Shown here: positions 15,237 to 23,827 of the stretch, piece after piece
Layout of the letters: every line of letters starts with the position of its first letter
How positions within the stretch are numbered: the first letter of the stretch is position 1
Virus record (IMG/VR): IMGVR_UViG_3300020460_000034
Location: 1-33,771 of that record
DNA: 33,771 bases
Direction: 5' to 3' (one strand)
DNA from: a virus
Taxonomy: Duplodnaviria; Caudoviricetes
The notes under the pieces: model-generated
The model's input: only the letters and a program-made list of their open reading frames with translations
Databases searched by the model: none
What the model was told of the DNA's origin: nothing
Program-made: the position numbers and the translations under genes

Positions 15237-16019
15237 ATGCTCACAGTAATAACCGAACCACGGTTAACGGGGGATCGAAAGGTTTCACCTCTAATCGGCA
15301 AGAAGGGGAAGGGGGAGAATGAGGGAACAGTTCGAGTTAAGAATAGTTTCGGATTGCCCGCTATCAAATCTTGCTATGGGTCAACTGAATGGTGCGAAGA
15401 AATCTGTTATGCGTTGGCGTTACAGAAAGCATGGAAAACAGTTGACAATTTCTTGGCAGGGAACTGGCAGGCAGTAGAGCCGCATCTAACTGATGCTGAT
15501 GCTTTAACTGATCTTTTAGCTCCTCTAGTCGAGGAAGTAATCCGCCAGTACGTTAAGCGAGAGATCCCACCAGAAGAGTGGGTGTTTCGTTGGTTCTGGA
15601 ATGGCGATCTGCCTACTGAGCAGTTCGCTACGGCAATCAGACGCATAGCAGTACGCTACCCAGAAGTTCAGTTCTGGATGTATACCCGTTCGTTTTCGTT
15701 CGTTCACAGACTGAAGGGACCAGACAACCTAGCGGTATACCTATCAATCGATCCTGACAACGTGAAAGCAGCAGTCAAGACTGAGCGGAAGCACCCGTGG
15801 GTGCATCTCGCCTTCTGTGCTGACACTTGGGAAGACACTGAGGAGTTAGCTGCTGCATTCCCGCATCGACGCAAGGGCCCCAAATGCCCTGAGCTAACAG
15901 GCAAGGTTCCACTGGTTGTGTGGGGTGAAGATCGTTTAGGCCGTGGTGCTTGTGTTGAGTGTGGCATGTGCATCAAGGGGGTCAACAACGTCCGCTTCGC
16001 ATCGAAAGGACATAAATGA
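15237..16019 (+). CDS. GP88-family Cys-rich protein (radical-SAM-like Fe-S motif)
   Basis: SFGLPAIKSC-x6-C-x3-CYA, FRWFWNGD, FWMYTRS, C-terminal CP...CxxCxxC. Confidence 0.7.
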   Translation: MLTVITEPRLTGDRKVSPLIGKKGKGENEGTVRVKNSFGLPAIKSCYGSTEWCEEICYALALQKAWKTVDNFLAGNWQAVEPHLTDADALTDLLAPLVEEVIRQYVKREIPPEEWVFRWFWNGDLPTEQFATAIRRIAVRYPEVQFWMYTRSFSFVHRLKGPDNLAVYLSIDPDNVKAAVKTERKHPWVHLAFCADTWEDTEELAAAFPHRRKGPKCPELTGKVPLVVWGEDRLGRGACVECGMCIKGVNNVRFASKGHK

Positions 16020-17119
16020 AATTAGGGAGTTTTTGTTCAGGATATGGGGGCTTGGACCTAGCAGTCGAGTTGTTCTACAACGCTGAAACTGTTTGGTGGA
16101 GCGACATAGACAAAGCATCGCAACAAGTAATGGCGACCAGGTTCCCCACAGCCAAGCCTGTAGGGGATCTAACCAAGCTAAACCCCCATGATTTGGAACC
16201 AGTTGACATCGTAGCTGCAGGATTTCCCTGTCAGCCTTTCAGCACAGCTGGGTTAAGGAAAGGAAATGATGACGAAAGAGCAATCTTTCAGTGGATCGGA
16301 GATGCCTGCAGCATCCTTCGACCAGAACGAATTGTGTTGGAAAACGTTCAAGGAATCCTTACTAAAGGAGGACCCAGCGTTATTGCAACGCTTACCTCAA
16401 TGGGGTACGACTGTAGGTGGGGCCTTGTTCGAGCATCAGACGCATACGCACCTCATCGCCGTGCGCGATGGATCTGTGTTGCCTACTCTGCCGACACCGA
16501 CAGCGCAAGCAGCAAAGCATGGGGCGACCCCAGACGTGACAGCGAACGCCTTCGGGAAAAACTTGTGGGACATCCCACACTTGCTGCCAACTCCAGTCGT
16601 AAACGACATGGGGGACGACAAGACAGTGGAGTGGTGGGAAAACTGGATAGCAGAACAGAAAGCGAAAGGTCGGAACGGGAACGGTCACGGGAAGAGTCTG
16701 AGCATCGAAATGCGCCTACTTCCAACCCCGACCTCGAGAGATCACAAAGACACAGGGAACATGGATTACGAGCGGAAAGCGAAGAAAAGGATCTTGCCTG
16801 GGGTGATTATCTCGGAGCTATTCGAAGATGGGAAGCCGCAAGCGGACGAGTAGCACCTTCCCCTGTACTCAATGGAAAACTCTCTGAATACTTTGTTGAG
16901 TGGATGATGGGTCTGCCATTCGGATGGGTAACAGAAGTTCACGAGAAACGAACTCCTGCTTTACGGCTTCTTGGCAATGGCGTTGTCCCCCAACAAGCAT
17001 TGCTTGGGCTTCAGTTGTTGGAGCCACACCAGTTCTGCTCTTGTCATTCGTTGCGATACTGCCCACACTCATGGGCTAAGGGGGTGAGCGATGAGCTACA
17101 ACGACAACTTCACCATTAG
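16016..17119 (+). CDS. DNA (cytosine-5) methyltransferase
   Basis: GSFCSGYGG (motif I), GFPCQPFS (IV), ENV (VI), HRRAR (VIII), LGNGV (X). Confidence 0.92.
   Translation: MKLGSFCSGYGGLDLAVELFYNAETVWWSDIDKASQQVMATRFPTAKPVGDLTKLNPHDLEPVDIVAAGFPCQPFSTAGLRKGNDDERAIFQWIGDACSILRPERIVLENVQGILTKGGPSVIATLTSMGYDCRWGLVRASDAYAPHRRARWICVAYSADTDSASSKAWGDPRRDSERLREKLVGHPTLAANSSRKRHGGRQDSGVVGKLDSRTESERSERERSREESEHRNAPTSNPDLERSQRHREHGLRAESEEKDLAWGDYLGAIRRWEAASGRVAPSPVLNGKLSEYFVEWMMGLPFGWVTEVHEKRTPALRLLGNGVVPQQALLGLQLLEPHQFCSCHSLRYCPHSWAKGVSDELQRQLHH
16266..16853 (+). CDS. Nested +1-frame ORF with repeated LPTP motifs
   Basis: 195 codons open inside the methyltransferase; LPTPTAQ, LLPTPVVND, LLPTPTSRDHKD. Confidence 0.5.
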   Translation: MMTKEQSFSGSEMPAASFDQNELCWKTFKESLLKEDPALLQRLPQWGTTVGGALFEHQTHTHLIAVRDGSVLPTLPTPTAQAAKHGATPDVTANAFGKNLWDIPHLLPTPVVNDMGDDKTVEWWENWIAEQKAKGRNGNGHGKSLSIEMRLLPTPTSRDHKDTGNMDYERKAKKRILPGVIISELFEDGKPQADE

Positions 17120-17294
17120 ATGGGAAAAACAAGATTTCACTAAGCACGGCACTATAGCAATGTATGCGATAGGCGAGTGCAGATGTGATGCATGCACCAC
17201 TCGATGGTTTGCATGGAGCCCTGATAGGGCAACTAATAAACAGGCGCAAGTAATGCGCCAAATGACTGGCCAAGCCAAGATAAGGAAAAGATAA
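17091..17294 (+). CDS. Small zinc-binding protein (HGT...Y...CRCxxC)
   Basis: KHGTIAMYAIGECRCDAC; AAGGGGGTG RBS. Confidence 0.65.
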   Translation: MSYNDNFTIRWEKQDFTKHGTIAMYAIGECRCDACTTRWFAWSPDRATNKQAQVMRQMTGQAKIRKR

Positions 17295-17531
17295 ATGTCC
17301 GAACAATTCTGCGAGGAACATCAAGATTTAACTTTCTTTGATTCTGTAGTTGACTCAATCTCTTTGATGAGATCAGTAGCGACTGCACTTTTGTTGAATG
17401 CTGAAGACCTAGAGAAGAAACTGACACAGCTCGTACAAGGAAAATTCCCAGATGGGGGACTCGAAGAGATCCCCGAAGATGAGGGAACAGTTCTGACTGT
17501 CGTCCCCAATCTTGAGGGGGATCTTTCCTGA
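17295..17531 (+). CDS. Hypothetical acidic protein
   Basis: 78 aa, abuts both neighbours. Confidence 0.65.
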   Translation: MSEQFCEEHQDLTFFDSVVDSISLMRSVATALLLNAEDLEKKLTQLVQGKFPDGGLEEIPEDEGTVLTVVPNLEGDLS

Positions 17532-17762
17532 ATGGTTAAAGGGCAAAAACCTAGTTGGTTGCCAGTTTGTAATGGCGTCTGTGACGGGGTTCGCAAAAAC
17601 CGTTGTGAAGAATGTTGGAAGTACTACAGAAAACATGCTGCGGGGGGACATGCTTCGCGTGGTCCCCGCTACTCGCCACAGCCAACTCTCATAGAACAAA
17701 TCCGTCTTAATCCTCATTTGGATTGGACTGAATCACAGAAAGATATGGCAGGAATCGAGTGA
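17532..17762 (+). CDS. Hypothetical Cys-rich protein
   Basis: CNGVC...CEEC; GAGGGGG RBS. Confidence 0.6.
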   Translation: MVKGQKPSWLPVCNGVCDGVRKNRCEECWKYYRKHAAGGHASRGPRYSPQPTLIEQIRLNPHLDWTESQKDMAGIE

Positions 17763-17935
17763 CTACTGATTACAAAATAAAACCCCACATAGCGTATTTA
17801 GGTGCGGGGTTAAAGGTTGGCGGCTACGCCGTCATCCAAGGCGACAGATACAAACAGTTCTTTCGCACTAAAGAAGAAGCAGAAAAAGCAATTGCCAATT
17901 GGGAAGACAACGAAGGGAATAAGAATGAGTACTGA
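17759..17935 (+). CDS. 58-aa hypothetical protein
   Basis: Hand-translated from a GTGA overlap: MTTDYKIKPHIAYLGAGLKVGGYAVIQGDRYKQFFRTKEEAEKAIANWEDNEGNKNEY. Confidence 0.55.
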   Translation: MTTDYKIKPHIAYLGAGLKVGGYAVIQGDRYKQFFRTKEEAEKAIANWEDNEGNKNEY

Positions 17936-18233
17936 AGAAACGCACATTGAAGCTTTGAAACGAGCTGACAACAATGTGACTCGAATAGAGGCGTTAATGA
18001 AGTTTGCATTATGGCAACGGCGTCACGCTTTTTTGGATGCTGTCCACGAAACGGGTCCACGTAGTGTCGCTAGCGTTGCTAGGGAGATTAATCTTTCCCG
18101 AGTTCGAGGCCACGATTTAGTAACCCAAGCCCGTCGTGAGCGGCTACACAACGAGTCTCCCCCTTACTTGTCTTTCAGACCCAACGGGGTACCTACTTTG
18201 TTGGACACTCTTATAGATGAGATGGCTCGTTGA
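17925..18233 (+). CDS. HTH DNA-binding protein
   Basis: SVASVAREINLSRVRGHDLV; likely start is the ATG at 17925 after AAGGGA. Confidence 0.65.
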   Translation: MSTEETHIEALKRADNNVTRIEALMKFALWQRRHAFLDAVHETGPRSVASVAREINLSRVRGHDLVTQARRERLHNESPPYLSFRPNGVPTLLDTLIDEMAR

Positions 18234-18583
18234 AGTGGATTATTTTGTGGCTGCTCATTGACGCTGGATCAGCTCGAGTTGACTACCCACCTCAACAAGA
18301 AGTGGTCCAGGCATCAGCCATATACCCGTGGGATCAAGTTCGCAGTCTGTCGATAGCTTGGTGCGAAAGTTACCATTTACCGACAGCTGTCAACTTTGAG
18401 AGTGACGATCATGGAGCTTGGCAGATATCTCGACCATATTGGGAAGAGATATTCCGAGGTCGCACCTGGGATAGACGCTATACAGCTGAAGGATCAGCTG
18501 CTATGGCGTGGCATATTTTCAGTTGGGGAGAGAAACGCTTTGGCGAGGGTTGGCGCTTGTGGACCTGTGGGAGGTACAAGTAA
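18230..18583 (+). CDS. Lysozyme-like/lytic transglycosylase (Rpf/SLT-like)
   Basis: IAWCES (catalytic Glu), GAWQI, C-terminal GWRLWTC, hydrophobic N-terminus. Confidence 0.7.
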   Translation: MKWIILWLLIDAGSARVDYPPQQEVVQASAIYPWDQVRSLSIAWCESYHLPTAVNFESDDHGAWQISRPYWEEIFRGRTWDRRYTAEGSAAMAWHIFSWGEKRFGEGWRLWTCGRYK

Positions 18584-19357
18584 ATGGCAATCGTGATACC
18601 AGACAAATGTTTACGATGTGACGAACCGTGGACTGAAGAGAATCCTCATGTTTCCAGAGGACTTCACCGATCTTGTTACGGCAAAGCATGGAACAAAAAG
18701 GAATTGAATTTGTATCCATCGACACGATACGCAGTCCCTTACGAGCCTCGTCAAGAGAACGTAGGAACAAAAATAGAGGTCAAATGTTTAACTCCTGCCT
18801 GTACAAGAACAGCTACACGCACGAAGGGGTGGGGAGAACAAACCTTCAGGTGTGATCGTTGCGTCTATGCCTACAGGGTAACTGGAGTCCATGATGAAAC
18901 TTTATTACCCAGATACGACTACCAGTTACCACCCGAAGAACGGGTTCCTTATTGGCTTAACCCAAATAATCTGACTACTTTTCGGGGGAAAATTACTCCG
19001 TTTGTGTTACCTGGTGGTCCTGATGGTGATTGTTTGATTTGGCAAAAACAATTACACGGCAGCCCTGAACAGATGGCTCGAAGTCAGGTGTACGCAAAAT
19101 GTCACTGGTACGGGAAACATGAACGAGTCCACAGAGTCGTTGCCTCTGTGACGTTTGGAATCCCTTTGGAAGAACTTTTAGTAGTGGATCATTTGTGCGA
19201 AGTGAAAGCGTGTGTAAACCCCGACCATTTGCATCCCTGCACCTTGTCTGAGAACACCGCTGGACGCATAAAAACAAAACGGTTGGAAAAGAAAATTATC
19301 CAACTTGAAGCTGAGGTCGAACGATTGACAGTCCTCTTAAATAAGAAGGCGGGCTAA
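18584..19357 (+). CDS. HNH endonuclease with N-terminal Cys-rich domains
   Basis: CLIW, RVHRV, DHLCEVKACVNPDHL...EN. Confidence 0.85.
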   Translation: MAIVIPDKCLRCDEPWTEENPHVSRGLHRSCYGKAWNKKELNLYPSTRYAVPYEPRQENVGTKIEVKCLTPACTRTATRTKGWGEQTFRCDRCVYAYRVTGVHDETLLPRYDYQLPPEERVPYWLNPNNLTTFRGKITPFVLPGGPDGDCLIWQKQLHGSPEQMARSQVYAKCHWYGKHERVHRVVASVTFGIPLEELLVVDHLCEVKACVNPDHLHPCTLSENTAGRIKTKRLEKKIIQLEAEVERLTVLLNKKAG

Positions 19358-19449
19358 TCGACCTAGAGGGAAAAAATTTCAGTGTCCTTCCCCTGTGGGA
19401 AGGTAAGACAGTGAAGTATCCAACACTTCTGTTTATGTATTTCTATAAT

Positions 19450-19482
19450 GGGGGTTCCACCCCCCTGAAGGGTGGAACCCCC
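19450..19482. repeat. Perfect 13-bp inverted repeat
   Basis: GGGGGTTCCACCC-CCCTGAA-GGGTGGAACCCCC, immediately after TATAAT at 19444-19449. Confidence 0.85.
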
Positions 19483-19544
19483 CTAAATAATTGTGGGTCG
19501 CTCTCGTTTCTCTCCCTGCGAGGGCGACCCACTTAGGGGAGACA

Positions 19545-20327
19545 ATGATTGAAATTAGATTACGGCAAAGCTGGATTAACACATTCCTCAATTGCCCTGA
19601 ACAAGCACGACAAGAACGTTACGAATTAGTCGAACAAAAAGAATCATCAGATTTATTGCGCGGTAATGCAGTTCATGCCGCAATCGAATTTGCAGGCGGC
19701 TCGAGTAATCTCGTGAATCTTGAAGATCTTCACCAACTAGCAGAAGACTATGTGCATACTTACTCTTCGGAAGTTGAGGTTTGGCGTCACGACTACCACA
19801 AACTCTTAGACACGGTGATGGCGAACATCACCACATGGCACTCTGAGTTGTACGTTCCAGGTGCGACACGGGAAAAAGATCCGCTGCTTCCAGCTGTCAG
19901 CGTGGAAGAGCCTTTCGAGAAATCTTTAGGTGTTCGAGGTAACGTAAACTTAATCCTTACGGGCACAGCTGACTGGGTTGCGGAAGATGGTGTAATCTGG
20001 GATTGGAAAAATCCGAGTAGACCTTACGAGGAATGGGAGAAGAAGCGCTGGGATATTCAATCTCATGCATACTGTTATGCATTAGACAAGGAAGAGTTCA
20101 AACTATGTGTATTGGCTAATGGCCAACTGCAAATTATTAGTATTGACAGGCCGCAAGAATGGAAAGATGCGTTCGTTGAGTTGTGTTGGTCAATGGTTCC
20201 AACCATAATGTCGGACGCAGAAACATGGCCTCAAAATTGGTCTGGGTGGCATTGCTCACCCAAATGGTGTCCTGTCTGGCAGGCAGGCAAATGTCGAGGT
20301 AAACACCTCGGAGAAAATCCCTGGTAG
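19545..20327 (+). CDS. PD-(D/E)XK exonuclease, RecB/Cas4-like
   Basis: CPEQ, GNAVHAAIE, GTAD...DWK, QSHAY, C-terminal CSPKWCPVWQAGKC; ATG 19545 after AGGGGAG. Confidence 0.85.
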   Translation: MIEIRLRQSWINTFLNCPEQARQERYELVEQKESSDLLRGNAVHAAIEFAGGSSNLVNLEDLHQLAEDYVHTYSSEVEVWRHDYHKLLDTVMANITTWHSELYVPGATREKDPLLPAVSVEEPFEKSLGVRGNVNLILTGTADWVAEDGVIWDWKNPSRPYEEWEKKRWDIQSHAYCYALDKEEFKLCVLANGQLQIISIDRPQEWKDAFVELCWSMVPTIMSDAETWPQNWSGWHCSPKWCPVWQAGKCRGKHLGENPW

Positions 20328-20342
20328 GGAGAAAGGTAAGAA

Positions 20343-21107
20343 ATGACTGACACAGCGAAAGTGACAGTTAGCTTCACACAGAAAATAAGTGAAGCTCCAT
20401 ATGAAACAGCGGACTACTCGCTTACTATTGAGCGCAGTTTTCCCGAATCGATGGGTGAGGAAGGCATTCGTGCAGAAGCTTCGGAGCTATTCACTCAAGT
20501 GCAAGCAGAAGTTATGAAACAATCAGGTCAGGAATGGGATTTATCTCCTGACGGGGTTGTGATGCGTCGCCTGAAAAGCGGCGTTTCCAGGGCTTCAGAT
20601 AATAAAGCAAGCGCCCCCCAGGCGGCGGCTCCCAGTTCAGCGCCAGCTGAACCAGCAGGAGCCTTTGCCCAAGCAGCACCCGTAGCAGCGGCAGCGCCTG
20701 CACCCGCAGGTCCTACAGCTGGAGGCGGACGCATTTACAACCGAACCGAATTCTGCCGAGGGAAATCTTCTGAGCTTCAGCAGGCAGCCTTTAATCTGTT
20801 GGCTTTCCAGCCTGCAGCTTGGGCCGACAACGCAGGCGGCACCATCAAGGTGTACGAAGTGAAAGAAAGCGACGACTACTCGCCACAGATCAGCAAGAAC
20901 GGCAAAGAAATGCCGAACTTCTCTGTATCGAAAGATGCTTTGGTTCACATCGGAGTGAACACGGCACGCGATGTCGGTATCTGGATCAAGCCAGCAGACT
21001 CCAACGTTCCATTGAAAGTATGGGATCAAGCAGGCGGACAAACCCAAGCCGATGCAATCGAATGGGATTGGGAATCACGTCGAGCAGAGCTACACCAAGG
21101 GGGATAA
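20343..21107 (+). CDS. Hypothetical replication/recombination protein (possible ssDNA-binding or annealing protein)
   Basis: Two domains joined by an Ala/Pro linker; lies between exonuclease and helicase. Function inferred from position only. Confidence 0.55.
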   Translation: MTDTAKVTVSFTQKISEAPYETADYSLTIERSFPESMGEEGIRAEASELFTQVQAEVMKQSGQEWDLSPDGVVMRRLKSGVSRASDNKASAPQAAAPSSAPAEPAGAFAQAAPVAAAAPAPAGPTAGGGRIYNRTEFCRGKSSELQQAAFNLLAFQPAAWADNAGGTIKVYEVKESDDYSPQISKNGKEMPNFSVSKDALVHIGVNTARDVGIWIKPADSNVPLKVWDQAGGQTQADAIEWDWESRRAELHQGG

Positions 21108-22085
21108 ATGAAGGGCGATGGACCAGTCGCCCTCAGTTCTGAAGATGTCGACGCTCTTTTAGAGAGCGTCGACATCCCAGAAGGGGAGACTCAGTACAAA
21201 TTTTTTCGGCCCACTTCCGCAGCTGTGGAAAGATGGGTCGAATATGCCAAAGGAAGCCACGATTGCTTCTACTTAGGCTTAACAGACATTGACCAAAAGA
21301 TGAGGGGCGTATGGCCTAGCGATGTACTTGTCGTAACGGGTCGAGCCCACAGCGGCAAATCAGCTGTGCTGCTCTCATCAATAGCAAGAAACCTTTTAGA
21401 GGATCCTAACTTCTATGGAGTTATCTACACTCCAGACGAACCAGAAATATTAGTGATCTCTAAACTGTATGCGCTTCTCTACCAGCGAAATCTGGCTGAA
21501 GTAGAACAAGCGCTTCGTGTACAAGACGAAGCCATTATGAACGAGATCGAAGAAGCCAAACACGGGTTTCTTGATCGAGTCAAAATCTTTCCCAGCGCCA
21601 TGTCTTTCTATGATATGTCCGAAGCCATGAGGGAATGCGAAGACTATTGGCAACAACGTCCACGCTTTGTCATGGTGGACTTTTTGGAACAACTTCCAGG
21701 CGCTTCAGGATATGAAGGTGTCTCAACGGTACTTAAAGGATTAAAGGACTGGGCAGAAACAGAAAATCTGCCAGTTGGTTTAATCCACCAATCAGGCAAA
21801 GGCTCCACTAGGGGTACTTCCAGAGGAATGGATGATGGGAAATTTAACGCTGACGAATACGCTATTTTGCAACTTAACGTTTTCCGAAGACGAGATGACC
21901 CAAAACTTTCAGAAGCAGAACGTCGAATACATTCCGTCACAGTTTCTCTCGACCTTTGCAAAAACAAGCGCCCTCCATGCCACGTCACACAGCCACCCAT
22001 TGACTATTTCATGGACCCTCATTGTGGGCTTGTGCGAGAATATTTGCAGAGCGATATTCCCGAGGATGACCGATGGGTGCAATAA
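21108..22085 (+). CDS. DnaB-like (SF4) replicative helicase
   Basis: GRAHSGKS (Walker A), VMVDFLE (Walker B), IHQ, KNKR. Confidence 0.85.
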   Translation: MKGDGPVALSSEDVDALLESVDIPEGETQYKFFRPTSAAVERWVEYAKGSHDCFYLGLTDIDQKMRGVWPSDVLVVTGRAHSGKSAVLLSSIARNLLEDPNFYGVIYTPDEPEILVISKLYALLYQRNLAEVEQALRVQDEAIMNEIEEAKHGFLDRVKIFPSAMSFYDMSEAMRECEDYWQQRPRFVMVDFLEQLPGASGYEGVSTVLKGLKDWAETENLPVGLIHQSGKGSTRGTSRGMDDGKFNADEYAILQLNVFRRRDDPKLSEAERRIHSVTVSLDLCKNKRPPCHVTQPPIDYFMDPHCGLVREYLQSDIPEDDRWVQ

Positions 22086-23023
22086 ACGAAACCGTAGAAC
22101 GGTTTGCTCAGCTCCACTTTGGTGGGCATCTAGCTGACGTAAGTTTTCGCGTAAGCCCTTTTCGTGAAGACGACAAAACTTATGCCACTTGCGAAGATCC
22201 CGTTTACACCCAAAGAATTTCGGAACATTTAGACGGTTCTGGAGAAGGAAAAACTCTTGGAGTTTACCCTCTCTGGAAAGTTAACGGGGTTTGGATGGTG
22301 AACTGGGTAGCAGTTGACCTAGACGAAGGCAAAACCTCTGATGTTCATGCAGACAACTTGCAGAAAATACTTTCTGCAAAAGGAATTCCTTCCTTTAAGG
22401 AGACTTCCAAAAGTAAGGGGTATCACGTCTGGGTGTATTTCGATCAACCCATAGCGGCTTCAATAGGGCGCAAAGGGATGATAGGGGCTTGTCGAGTAGT
22501 TGATGTCCCGATCAAAGAGGTATATCCGAAACAAGTTATTCTTCCCGAAGGGAAGATTGGGAACTGCTTACGGCTTCCTTACCCTCACAGCAGGAACACG
22601 GGAAGACATGAAGTTTTTATCCCAGATGTGCAACCTCCAACCTTTTACGATGCGGAAGCTTTTGTTGAAGCAGCGTGGAATAGTCGGGTGTCGTTGCCTG
22701 TGTTCAGAGAACTTGTTCGACTGTACGAAGCAACGCAACCTAAAGCGCCTCAGTACTCAGGAGGTGGCAGAAACGACGGAGAGTTCTACGGAACAGCCAG
22801 AAAAATTTGGGATCAAACTACTTTCGAAGACCGATCAGCTGCAATGTACGCATTTGCTGGGAGCCTATTGTGGCAAGGCTACTCAATTGATGCCACAATT
22901 GATTGGGTGAGAAAGCTTGATGATCGTTTAGGCAAATACGTTGACCGTGCCGAACGTGAAAAGTATTTACGAGATTTAGTGGAATCAGCGTCGACTCGAG
23001 TGGAACCGCGTGAAGAAACGTAG
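22073..23023 (+). CDS. Archaeo-eukaryotic primase (AEP) superfamily primase/prim-pol
   Basis: AVDLD, SKSKGYHVW, GNCLRLP, helical C-terminal domain (DRS). Confidence 0.8.
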   Translation: MGAINETVERFAQLHFGGHLADVSFRVSPFREDDKTYATCEDPVYTQRISEHLDGSGEGKTLGVYPLWKVNGVWMVNWVAVDLDEGKTSDVHADNLQKILSAKGIPSFKETSKSKGYHVWVYFDQPIAASIGRKGMIGACRVVDVPIKEVYPKQVILPEGKIGNCLRLPYPHSRNTGRHEVFIPDVQPPTFYDAEAFVEAAWNSRVSLPVFRELVRLYEATQPKAPQYSGGGRNDGEFYGTARKIWDQTTFEDRSAAMYAFAGSLLWQGYSIDATIDWVRKLDDRLGKYVDRAEREKYLRDLVESASTRVEPREET

Positions 23024-23351
23024 CTACAAGTTCACCGTACCTGGCCGACCTAAAGTAAAAGGTCGTCCTCGATTTTCAAAGAAAGGGTACGCTTACACTT
23101 CCGAAAGCACGAGAGCTTACGAAAAAGCTGTCGGGGAAGCGTACAAAGGCCCAAAGTTTGAAGGTCCAATTAAAGTAAGTGTGGTACTAAACGACAAACG
23201 AGCCCACATAACGATTACTGAAATGGATCGAGAGAAAAGCAAACTCCGAGGCGATACTACTAACTACCTTAAAGCCATCGAAGACGGATTGAATGGAATC
23301 GCATACGATGATGATATTCAGATTCACGAAATCGTAGGTAAAAAGACATGA
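23010..23351 (+). CDS. rusA: RusA-family Holliday junction resolvase
   Basis: PKVKGRPR, DTTNYLKAIEDGLNGIAYDDDIQI. Confidence 0.9.
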   Translation: MKKRSYKFTVPGRPKVKGRPRFSKKGYAYTSESTRAYEKAVGEAYKGPKFEGPIKVSVVLNDKRAHITITEMDREKSKLRGDTTNYLKAIEDGLNGIAYDDDIQIHEIVGKKT

Positions 23352-23827
23352 CCTTTACGGCTCCTCGCCCATTTTCTGATCGACCGTTTACTGAACGGTT
23401 CGAATCAATGGGTGATGAAGCTGAAGGAATGTTTGAACACTACAACGACAATTGGGCACGCCTTGGTCACAACAGACCCAAAAAACCTAGTGGTGACGAT
23501 TTCAAATTACATAAGCTTGCACTGTCATTGCGTTACATGCCTGACTACATGCAAGAAACTCCCACTCGCCTTGTCGAAGTTCAGGGAATAGCGAGCAGGC
23601 CACTCAAAATAAAAATTGAGAAAATTGCAGCGCTCGAGCAATGGAACAATCTAGGAACACCCGTATGGTTTTGGGTGTGGTCAACTACACGCCAAACCTA
23701 TGCGGAACTTCCTTGGCCTGACATGATGAAACTAATCAACAAAGAAGACGTTCAATTTGGGAAATACCCTGAGGGAAAAGCATACATATCCATAAGCTCT
23801 AAGCTTTTGCCTTGGGTCAGTGGATGA
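23348..23827 (+). CDS. Putative PD-(D/E)XK-fold nuclease
   Basis: YMPDY...LVEVQG (Lys of the motif replaced by Gln). Confidence 0.55.
   Translation: MTFTAPRPFSDRPFTERFESMGDEAEGMFEHYNDNWARLGHNRPKKPSGDDFKLHKLALSLRYMPDYMQETPTRLVEVQGIASRPLKIKIEKIAALEQWNNLGTPVWFWVWSTTRQTYAELPWPDMMKLINKEDVQFGKYPEGKAYISISSKLLPWVSG

Noticed and set aside
19545-20327. Cas4-like gene as part of a CRISPR-Cas system
   Set aside because: No cas1/cas2 or array; stand-alone RecB/Cas4-like nucleases are common in phage replication modules.
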